Assembly (NCBI RefSeq): GCF_963921235.1
Contig: NC_086101.1
Span: 5,272,001-5,336,000, forward strand
DNA: 64,000 nt
Direction: 5' to 3'
Origin: Mobula hypostoma
Lineage: Eukaryota
Part shown: positions 37,301-49,300 of the stretch, piece by piece
How the letters are laid out: each line of letters opens with the position of its first letter
How positions within the stretch are numbered: the first letter of the stretch is position 1
Position numbers and translations under genes: made by a program
Notes under the pieces: model-generated
What the model was told of the DNA's origin: nothing
Databases searched by the model: none
What the model saw: the letters and a program-made list of their open reading frames with translations, nothing else

Positions 37301-40300
37301 ATGTTGACGCCGGAATGTGTGGCAACACTTGTGGGCTGCCCCCAGCACATCTTTGGACTGTGCTGGTTGTTATCACAAACCAATCGGTTCCTCCCGAAGA
37401 CAGACCTGTTATTAGGTTAATCGGTCATTGTAGATTGACCCGTGATTAGGCTGGGGTTAAATAGCCGTGCACCTCGAAGGGCCTGTTCGGCGCCGTATCT
37501 GCACACACGAAATGAAAACATCGGCCCCAGGAATTCTTCAGGACCACTGGGCTCAGCCGCCTTCAGATCTGACATGCTCGTCCTTCCATCAACACATTGG
37601 GAGCGGGGATGCCGGCACGGCATGCGATTCCGTTCATAAACACAAGAGCGTAATTTACTGGAAATCCAAAGCAACGCACACGAAATGCTGGCGGAACTCA
37701 GCGTCTGTGGAAATGGATAAACAGTTTACGTTTCTGGGGTGAGGGCGGGACATCTTTCCTCCGTGCTGGGAAGGAAAGCGGAAGAAGCTGGGGCGTGGGG
37801 AAAGTGTACAGTGTGGCAGCTGATAGGTGACACCCGGAGACGTGGGAGGGGTGGAAGAAAGAAGCCTTTCAGGTGGAAGGTGGAAGAGGTAAAGGCCTGA
37901 AGTAGATGGAATCTGATGGGAGAAGAGAGTGGACCCTGGGAGAAAAGAAAGGAGAAGGGGCACCAGAGTGAGGAGATAGGAGGGTGAGGAGAAGGTGAGA
38001 CACCATTGTGGAGAAGAGGGAGAGAAGGGGAGAGAGAAATTGACGTTCATGCCGTTCGGTCGCTCTTCATTTCCTCCCAATTCGGTGAGAAGCCGCTTGA
38101 TCTCCTGGCGCTGAAGACCCTCCGTCGCGTGTTTTGTGGCTGAACTGTACATTGTTAACCCTCTATCAATTACTGCCTTTGCCTTTCAGATACTTGGTGT
38201 CCATTTCGCGGTGCCTCTCGCAGGTGCCGCCCCCGTTTTTAATTCCAGTGCACATTGTACTTTCGTGACGCAGTCGGAATGCCTTTCATTCTCGTCTCTT
38301 TGCCCCACTGCGACCTTCAGCGCGTCTCATAGTTCAAAGTAACGTTATTATCAGAGTACATGTATGTCACCATATACAACGCTGAGATCCGTTTTCTTGC
38401 GGGAATTCACAGTATATCCAAGAAACACAATAGAGTCAATGACAGACCGCAGCCAACAGAACAAACAACCAATGTGTAAACGACAACAAACTGCAAATAC
38501 AAAATAATAAATAAATAAACAATAAGTTTCAAGAACATGAGATAAAGAGACCTTGAAAGTGAGTCAATAGGTTGTGGGAGCACTTCAATGATGGGGCGAG
38601 TGAGGTTATCCCCTCTGGTTCAAGAGCCTGATGGTTGAGGGGTAATAACTGTTCCTGAACCCAGAGGTGTTTGTCCTAAGGCTCCGGTACCTCCTGATGT
38701 TTGAGGGGTAATAACTGTTCCTGAACCTGGTGGTATGAGTCCTGAGGCTCCGGTACCTCCGTCCTGATGGTTGAGGGGTAATAACTGTTCCTGACCCTGG
38801 TGGTGTGGGTCCTGAGGCTCTCGTACCTCCTGCCTGATGGTGGCAGGAGTGAGAAGAGAGCGTGTCCTGGGTGGTGGGGGTCACTAATGATGGACGCGGT
38901 TTTCCTGAGTTGCACTCCGTGTGAATGTGTTCAATGGTGGGTGGGGAGGGCTTTACCCGTATCCACTACTATATGTAGGATTTTCCCTTCATGGGCATTG
39001 GTGTTTTCACGGCAGGTCATAATTCAACCAACCCCTCGTCTGAGAACATAAAACAGTACGACACAGTTCAGGCCCTTCTGATGGCATGTTGTACTGGCCC
39101 TGCAACCTACTCTAAACTCAATCTACCACTTCCCTCCCACACAGCCCTCCAATTTTCTATCATCTATGTGCCTACCTAATAGTTTCTTAAATATCTCTAA
39201 TATATCAAAATTAGCAGCAGGAAGTGGACCAGCTGGAAAAATGGTCTTCAAAATAGCAGATGGAATTTAATGCAGGCAAGTGTGAGGTGTTGGACGTTGG
39301 GAGGACTTGCACAGTGAGTGGTAGGGCACTGGGGAGTCTGGTTGAACTGAGGGATCTGGGAATACAGACATATAATTCCTTGAAAGAGGCATCACCAGTA
39401 GATAGGGGGATAAAGAGATCTTTTGGCATATTGGGCTTCATAAATCAAAGTGTTGAGTACAGGAGTTGAGATGTTATGTTGAAGTTGAATAAGACATTGG
39501 TGTAATTAGGAGTATTGTGTGTAGTTCTGGCTATCTACCTACTGGAAAGGTGTCAATAAGATTGAAAAAATGCAAAGATATATTACAAGGATGTTGCCAG
39601 GTCTTGAGAACCTGAGTTACAGGGAAAGGTTGAACAAGTTAGCAGTTTATTCCCTGGAGTGTAGGAGAATGACGTGAGATTTGATAGAGGTATACAAGAT
39701 TATGAGGGGTGTAAATGGGATAAATGCAAGCAGGTTTTTTCCCACTGAGGTTGGATGAGACTAGAACTAGAGGTCATGGGTTAAAGGTGAAAGGTGAAAA
39801 TTTTAAGGAGAACATGAGGGGGAACTTCTTCACTCAGAGAGTGGTGAGAGTGTGGAATGAGCAGCCAGTGGAACTGCTGGATTCGGGTCTGATTTCAACA
39901 TTTAAGAGAAACTTGGATAAGGACACAGATGGAGGAAGTTTCCGGGTGCAGGCCAATGGGACGAGGCAGATCAATTGTATGGCATGGATTATATGGGTCG
40001 AAGGGTCTGTTTTTGTGCTGTAGTGTTCTATGACTGTACCTCTGACTATCATTCACCCTGGCAGGGCATCCCACTCGGTCACCATTCTTTGTGTCAAAAA
40101 ACTTTCCTCTGCCATCCCCACACCTATACTTTGCTCCAACCACTGTAAAGTTATGCCCTCAGCTATCAGCCATTTCTGCCCTGGGGGAGAAAAGTCTCTA
40201 GCTGTCCAATCGATCTGTACCACTTATCACCTTATGCTCTCTATCTCACCTCTCATCCTCCTTCACTTCAAAGAGAAAAGCGCTAGCTCACTCAACCTGT

Positions 40301-43300
40301 CATCATAAGACATAACTTGCACCAATCAGTGCGTCTCAGAAAGAATTTCTGCAGGGCTGGCATCACAGACGAACCTCCAGTTAGTGGTATGGCCCTGACA
40401 TTCACTCCCACCTTGGCCAGGACAGGGACTTTTCTCAGTGCTCCTGGCCCATTGTTTTCTGCCGTACTAATCTTCTGCAGGAGAATACATATCCTTCGGC
40501 GGGAAGGACCTGTCTCTCGGAGATTACACCCACACGTGGAAGATCCAGAAGAAGATGGCGCACAGTGCAATACACCGGAGTCGGATATCGGCCCTCGAGC
40601 CGGTCGTGATGCGAGAGGCAGAGAGGTTGTGTGAGGTACGGCCACTGATATCTCTTACAGTGAACTGGTATAACTGCTGATATCTCTTACAGTGGCAGGG
40701 CACAGGCACATGGTGAACTGGTATAGCCAATGGTTACTCGCAGTGTGGGCACTATGTCCGGTGTGGTGAATTACTGTGTGTGGGCTAGCTGCCTTTGTTG
40801 AGGCTATTGGCATTGCATGTAGAGGGGTTGTAGTTCTGACTGAGGTTCATACAAAAGTGGGGACTATGTATAGTTGCTGGGCTGTAAATAGAGTACTCTG
40901 TGTGTGGGTACAGTCATTGGACTCCATGCTATGTGTGTGGGTACAGTCATTGGACACTGTGATTGTGCTGTGTGTGGGTACAGTCATTGGACACTGTGAT
41001 TGTGCTGTGTGTGGGTACAGTCATTGGACTCCATGCTATGTGTGTGGGTACAGTCATTGGACATTGTGATTGTGCTGTGTGTGTGGGTACAGTCAGAGGG
41101 TACTGAGATTGTACTGTTTCTGTATGTGTAAACGATCAGTGGACACTGTGATTGTATTGTCTGTGAGTTGGTACAGTCGATGGGTACCGAGATTGTATTG
41201 CCTCTGTGTGTGGGTACTGTCATTAGACACTGAGTGCACTTTGTGTGTGGGTACATTCAGTGGGTACTGAGATTGTTCTGTTTGTGTGTGGGTACAATCA
41301 GTGGACACTGTAACTGGGACGTGGACCACAGATTACCACAGGAAATAGAAAAAGTGTGTCAAAAGGGCAATGTTATGATAGTCATGGGAGATTTCAGCAT
41401 GCAGGTCAATTAGGAAAATTAAGTTGGAAATGGATCTCAAGACAGTGAGTTTGCTGAATGTCTGCGAGGTGGCTTTTTAGAGCAGTTTGTTGTTGATCCT
41501 ACTAGGGTATCAGCAATACTGGATTGGGTGTTATGTATTGAGTGAGAGGTGATTTGGAAGCTTAAGGTAAAAGAACCCTTAGGAAGCCGTGATCACAGTT
41601 TGGGAAAAATGAGGAAGGTGCAGGATAGATGTATTCCAAAAACAAAGAAATACTCAAATGGCAAAATAGTACAACTGTGGCTGACAAGGGAAGTCAAAGC
41701 TAATGTAAAAGCAAAAGAGAGGGCTTACAACAACGCAAAAAAAAAAATAGTGGGAATGTAGAAGATTGGGAACCTTTTACAATCCTACAGAGAACAACTA
41801 AAAGAATCATTAGGAGGGAAAAGATGAAATATGAAAGTAAGCTAGCAAACAACATGAAAAAGCTTTTTCAAGTATAGAAAAAATAAAAGAGAAGTGAGAG
41901 TGGATATAGAACCGCTTGAAAATGAGGCTGGAGAAATAATAACAGGAGCCAGGGAGATGGCAGATGAACCTAATGAGTATTTTCTATCAGTCTTCACTGT
42001 GGAACACAAGCAGTACGTCAGATGTTGAAGTGTGTAAAGGAAGACAAGTGGGTGCAGTTACTATCACAGGGGAGAAGGTGCTCAGAAAGCTGAAAGACCT
42101 AAAGAGGCATAAATCACCCGGACCAGATGAGCTGCACCCTAGGGTTCCGAAAGAGGTAGTGGTAGAGATTGTGAAGGTGTTAGTAATGATCTTTCAAAAA
42201 TCATTGGACTCTGGCATAGTGCCAGCAGACTGGAAAATTGCAAATGTCACTCCACTCTTTAAGAAAGAAGGAAAACAACAGAAAGGAAATTATAGACCAG
42301 TTAGCCTGACCTCAGTGGTTGGGAAGCTGTTGGAGTCTATAGTTAGGGATGAGGTTATAGAGTCCTTGGAAACACAGGACAAGATAGGACAAAGTCAGCA
42401 TGGTTTCCTTAAGGGAAAGTCTTGCCTGACAAACCTGTTGGAATTCTCTGAAGAGATTACACATAGGATAAATCAGGGATGCAGTGGATGTTGTATATTT
42501 GGATTTTCAGAAGGCCTTTGACAAGGTGCCACACATGAGGCTGCTTACTCAATTAAGAGCCCATGGAATTGCAGAAAAGTTACTGGCTGGTTAGAGCATT
42601 GGCTGATTGGTAGGAGGCAGCGAATGGGAATAAAAGGATCCCTTTCTGGTTGGCTGCCAGTGACTAGTCATGTTCCGCAGGGGATGGTGTTGGGACCGTT
42701 TCTCTTTATGCTGTATATCAATGATTTAGATGATGGAATGGATGGCTTTGTTGCCACTTTTATGGATGATACGAAGATTGTTGGAGGGGCAGGTAGTGTT
42801 GAGGAAACAAGTAGGCTGTAGAAGGACTTAGACGGATTAGGAGAACGGGCAAGAAAGTGGCAAATGAAATTCAATGTTGGAAAATGCATGGTCATGAACT
42901 TTGGTAGTACAAATAAATATGCGAGCTATTTTCTAAATGGGGAGAAAATCCAAAAATCTGAGATGCAAGGGGACTTGGGAATTCCTGTGCAGAATGCCTT
43001 AAAAGTTAACTTGCAGGTAGAGTCGATGGTGAGGAGGGCAAATGCAATGTTAGCATTCATTTCAAGAAGTCTGGAATACAACAGCAGGGATGTGATGCTG
43101 AGGCTTTATAAGGCACTGGTGAGGTCTCACCTTGAGTATTGTGATCAGTTATGGGCTCCTTAGCTACGAAAAGTCATGCTAGCATTGGAGTGGGTTTAGA
43201 GGAGGTTCACAAGGTTGATTCTGGGAATGAAAGGGTTATCATAGAAGGGACGTTTGTACTCTGGGTCTGTACTTGCTGTAATTCAGAAGGATGAGGGAGG

Positions 43301-46300
43301 ATCTTATTGAAACCTTTCGAATGTTGAAAGATCTAGACAGAGTAGAAGTGGTATGTTTCCCATGGTGGTGGAGTTTAGGACAGATGGGCACAACCTCAAG
43401 ATAGAGGAGCATCCATTTAAAACAGAGAAGCGGAGAAATTTCTTTAGCCAGAGGATGGTGAATTTGTGGTATTTATTACCACAGGCAGCTGTAGACGCCA
43501 GATCATTGGGAGTATTTAAGGCAGAGCTTGATAGGTTGTTGATTAGACGTGGCATCAAAGGTTATGGGGAGAAGGCCAAGGAGTGGGGCTGAGGAGGGAA
43601 AAAGGATTGGCCATGATGGAATGGCAGAGTACGGTTTAATTCTGCCCCTATGTCTTATGGGTTTATGGACACAGTAATTGTACTGTCTGTGTTTGGGGAC
43701 ATATGGTTGGCACTGAGATTGTTTTGTTTGTGTGTATGTACAGTCAGGATACTGTGATTGTGCAGTTTGTGTGTGGGTACAGTCAGTGGACACTGAGATT
43801 GTTTTGTTTGTGTGTATGTACAGTCAGGATACTGTGATTGTGCAGTTTGTGTGTGGGTACAGTCAGTGGACACTGAGATTGTTTTGTTTGTGTGTATGTA
43901 CAGTCAGGATACTGTGATTGTGCAGTTTGTGTGTGGGTACAGTCAGTGGACACTGAGATTGTATTGCCTGTAAATGCTGTTGCATCCCAGACACATTATG
44001 TCACCACCTTGTACATTCTTTCGTGAACTAAGTGTGAATATTCCTCTCAGAAACTATCTCTTAATTGACATCACCAGGTTTTCCGGAAGTGTGAAGGGTC
44101 TCCTGTGGATCCCAACAGGGAGTTCTCCATGTCCACCTGCAACACAATAAGCTCCCTGATCTTCAGTACCAATGTGAGTATCGATGACTGGCCTTTGGTG
44201 GTTTCTCTCCGTCGTGGACTTGGTGGACCTCTGCGTCTCCCTATGCCTCCTTCCCAGGGATGGTACGGGCAGCATGATTAAGAGTGCAGGGAGGAATTGT
44301 GCGTTCTATACGTAGCCATGCTCATTTCATGCCACATTCCAAAGATACACGGCTTATGGTTAGTCAGTTGTGGGCATGCTATATTGGCTCTGGAAAGTGT
44401 GGTGAAGCTTTCCGGCTGCCGGCTGTACAATCCACAATCATTTCATTTGGCACAAATGCTGCATTTCACTGTATATTTCAATGTTGTCATGAGCAGGTGT
44501 CACATAAATACGATCTAACCTGGTCTTGTCTAACTTAATCTATTCAGTTGACCCTACTACCAATGCGATTACAACTCTGGGCCTGAACTTGCTGCAGTTT
44601 AGAAAGAAGGGTGGGAGGAAGCTGGATATTGAAAGGCCCCAGACGGGGAGGACATAGGGAAGTTGTTTCCGGTAGTGGGGGAGTCTAGGACCAGAGGGCA
44701 CAGTCTCAGAATAGAGGGACATTCCTGGAAACAGAGATGAGCAGGAAGTTCTTCAGCCAGAGGGTGGAAAATCTGTGGAATCCATTGGCACAGATTGGCA
44801 CAGACGGAGGTTGCCATTTGGATAAGTTAAAAGAGGAGGATTATAGTTTCTTGATTAATCAGGGTGTCAAAGGTTACAGGGAGATGGCAGGAGAATGGGG
44901 TTGAGAGGGATAATAAATCAGCCATGATGGAATGGTGGAGCTGACTCGATGGGCTGAATATTCAAACTCTAGTCCTATTTCTTAGGGTCCAGGTTGGTGA
45001 GTTGTGAGCATGATGTGTTGGCATCAAAAATGTGGCAAGCTTTGTGCAGCACCGATTCCTTTTGGCGCAAATGACAATTATTGAGTGGCGTTGGTAACAT
45101 TGATTCATGTGTGGGGATTAGGAGGTGTGTCTGATGGACTCATGTAGAGGGTCAACGGTTAAATGTTCGACGATAGAGATCAATGGTCAATGAATATACA
45201 CAGGGCTCTGTAATGGTCGTTCCATACAGGGGTCAGGGATTAATGGCTGTAAAGCTGAGGCTCCATAAGGCAAAGCTCAGAACACACGTGGAGTATTGTG
45301 AGCCGTTTTGGACCCCATATCTAAGAAAGGATGCCCTGGCATTGGAGAGGGTCCAGAGGAGGTTCACGAGAATGACTCTAGCAATGAAAGAGTTAATGTA
45401 CGAGGAATGTTTTATAGCTCTGGGCCTGTACTCACTGGAGTTTAGATGAATGGGGGGGGGGATCTCATTGAAACCTACTGAACATTGAAAGGCCTCAATA
45501 GAGTGGATATGGAGAGGGAGAGTCTAGGACGAAAGGGTGCAACCTCGGAATAGAACAACAGCCCTTTAGAATAGAGATGAAGAGGAGGTTCTTTAGCCAG
45601 AGGGTGGAGTATCTGTGGAATTCATTGCCACAGACGACTGTGGAGACCAAATCATTGGGTTTATTTAAAGTGGAGGTTGATAGGTTCCTAATTAGTCAGG
45701 GCACCAAAGGTTACGGGGAGAAGATGGGAGGAAAGGGTTGGAAGGAATAATCATCTGTGATGGAACAGCAGAGCAGACTTGATGGGCAGAATGGCCTGAT
45801 TCTGTTCCTGTGTCTTATGGTGCTATGGTGGGTAGGATGTTGTGATTGTTTGCCTAGACATGTGCTTGTTATCTGTTACTGTTGGTCTTTTGTTTTTCAC
45901 TTTGTCACCGATTCCAGTACGACAGGAGCGACCCACGACTCCAGGAGATTCACGACTGCTTGGCGGAGCTGATTGCCCTGTGGGGCTCCCGCGCAATCGG
46001 CCTCATTGACATGTTTCCTGTTCTACAGGTGAGGGGAAAGAAGGGACACCCAGCATTGCTGCCACTAGCTCTGGGAGCAGGGTGCCCCATGCGCCCAGAC
46101 TTATCGTACACCCCACAACCTCAGCAGGAGCTCCAGGCCATGTGATTGGCTGGACCTTATCCAGCTTGATCACAGTAATGTCAGGCCTGCTCCTGCTGAC
46201 AGCTCCCAGTTTCTACTCAGCCTATAGGACTCACCTGCCACTCATCACCGGCAGCCTATCTAATCCCAGTTCTCATCCACAGTCCTTGTTCACTAATCCA

Positions 46301-49300
46301 ACCACCAGACCCAACCACTTTCTCTGAACCTTCACTCTCCCTGCCGAAAGTTTGTCTCATCACCTGTTGTGTTTAGTTTATGTTCCCTCTTGGTCTGTGG
46401 TCATTTGTGGCTTATTAATTAGTGGTCCATTATTAAAGTCTTCATTCACTGCAAAATTATTATTAAAGTCTTCATTCACTGCAAAATTGTCTCTATGTCG
46501 ATGTTTTTGGGTCAACCCTACTCTAAATTTCCTAACAATTAAAACTAAGAGGAGACGGGGGCTGGGGGGGCGGGTGGTGGGGAACAGACTCCCAACTGAG
46601 TAACCAGTCACGAGTTGTGTAAAACTTGTCAGTACGCGTCCTCTCACTAAATGGGGGCTGCAGGCATGGTGATGGAAACAGGACTTACAGTCATTGGAGC
46701 TGTGCGATTAATAGCAAAATTACACACACCAAATGCTGCAGGAATTCAGCAGCGTCAGTAGAAATGAATAAAGGTCCGACATTTCGGCTGAGACCTGATT
46801 CAGGGTCCCGCCCTGAAATGTCGACAAATTATTCCCCTCCATAGTGGAATTTGGAGTTCTTCCAGAATGTTGTGTGTGGATTACTAGCAGCGGCAGAACT
46901 CCAGCTGCCTGTCACTGGGTGTGTGTTTCACTCTAGTCTGCCTGTCACTGGGTGTGTGTTTCACTCTAGTCTGCCTGTCACTGGGTGTGTGTTTAACTCC
47001 GGTCTGCCTATCACTGGGTGTGTGTTTAACTCTGGTCTGCCTGACACTGGGATTGTATTTAGAAACATAGAAACATAGAAAACCTACAGCACAATACAGA
47101 CCCTTTGGCCCACAAAGTTGTGCCGAAAATGTCCCGACCTTAGAAATTACTAGGCTTACCCATAGCGCTCTATTTTTCTAAGCTCCATGTAGCTATCCAA
47201 AAGTCTCTTAAAAGACCCTATCGTATCCGCCTCCACCACCTTTGCTGGCAGCCCATTCCACGCACTCACCACTCTCTGAGTGAAAAAACTTACCCCTGAC
47301 ATCTCCTCTGTACCTACACCCCAGCATCTTAAACCTGTGTCCTCTTGTGGCAACCATTTCAGCCCTGGGAAAAAGCCTCTGACTATCCACACGATCAATG
47401 CCTCTCATCATCTTATACACCTCTATCAGGTCACCTCTCATCCTCTGTCGCTCCAAGGAGAAAAGGCCGAGTTCACTCAACCTGTTTTCATAAGGTATGC
47501 TCCCCAATCCAGGCAACATCCTTATAAATCTCCTCTGCACCCTTTCTATGGCTTCCACATCCTTCCTGTAGTGAGGTGACCAGAACTGGGCACAGTACTC
47601 CAAGTGGGGTCTGACCAGGGTCCTATATAGCTGCAACATTACCTCTTGGCTCCTAAATTCAACTCCATGATTGATGAAGGCCAATACACCGTATGCCTTC
47701 TTAACCACAGATTCAACCTGTGCAGCTGCTTTGAGCGTCATATGGACTCAGACCCCAAGATCCCTCTGATCCTCCACGCTGTCAAGAGTCTTACCATTAA
47801 TACCATATTCTGCCATCATATTTGACTGACCAGAATGAACCACTTCACACTTATCTGGGTTGAACTCCATTTGCCACTTCTCAGCCCAGTTTTGCATCCT
47901 ATCAATGTCCTGCTGTAACCTTTGACAGCCCTCCACACTATCCACAACACCCCCAACCTTTGTGTCATCAGCAAACTTACTAACCCACCCTTCTACTTCC
48001 TCATCCAGGACATTTATAAAAATCACGAAGAGTAGGGGTCCCAGAACAGATCCTCAGATCCCTGAGATCCCTACCTGTCACTGGGTGTGTGTTCAACTCT
48101 TGTCTGCCTATCACTGGCTGTGTGTTTAATTCCGGTCTGCCTGTAACTGGGTGTGTATTTAACTCTGGTCTGCCTGACACTGGCTGTGTGTTTAATTCCG
48201 GTCTGCCTGTCACTGGGTGTGTATTTAACTCTGGTCTGCCTGACACTGGCTGTGTGTTTAATTCTGGTCTGCCTGTCACTGGCTGTGTGTTTAACTCTGG
48301 TCTGCCTGTCACTGGCTGTGTGTTTAATTGCGGTCTGCCTGTCACTGGCTGTGTGTTTAACTCTGGTCTGCCTGACACTGGGATTCATTGCTCCCTCTAA
48401 ACTGTGCAGTAACTGTAATGCTGCCGCGCATTGGCCTTCGTCGCCGCGCTGCCTGAATTTTATTTTATAAATGTTACATTGTAGTGCCGTGCAGCTTTCA
48501 GGGCGAGTAAAAAAATTCCTGTTCACAGCAATGGTTGGTCTGTGCAACTGTAAAAGAAAAGTAGTGGGAAAGTTGCTGGGATTAAATTTATCTCTGGGCT
48601 GCCGTGACCGTGTCTAACTCTGTTCGGTCGTTCATACCACAGTATATCCCCATCTCCGCCTGGAGGCATCTTCAGAAGGCCGTATTGAAACGGGACACCT
48701 TTGTCCGACAACATATTCAGAATCACAAGGTGAGTCAGTCTAACAGGAGAAAATCTGCAGACAACACACACGGAATGATGGGGGAACGCAGCACGCCAGG
48801 CTCAGGCAGTTTCTATGGACAGAGAGTGCAGTCGTCGTTTCGGGCCGAAACCCGTCAGTTTAGTAGCTAAACCGGTCCCGATCTTCCCGCAGCTCTAGTC
48901 GTGGCTGGTGCCCTTCTGTAAGTGGAGTTGTTACTGTCACTGAGAGAAGAAAATGGCGGCTCCCAATAATGGTGCTTAGAAAGTACTTCAAACTTTCTAA
49001 TCAGGCATTTCTGTCAACGGAAGCGCTGCGAATACAGGTGTATACATGAAAATGATTTTTGTTTAGCTACTGTATCGCATCCAGAGTAACGATGATTTTG
49101 TTCCTGTGTACTGAATAATGACAATAAACAATCGTGTATCTTGAAAAAGTTTCCTTAACGGTCGTCATAGCTGACGGGGCTGTGGGGCGTGGGGTGTTGT
49201 GGGGATAATCTCCCATTTCCTATTAAACGCTCCCGATGGCCTCTGACAAGGTCCAAATCCCGGCCTTCACGCGTGGCTTGGTTACTAAACCTGGCGGGAC

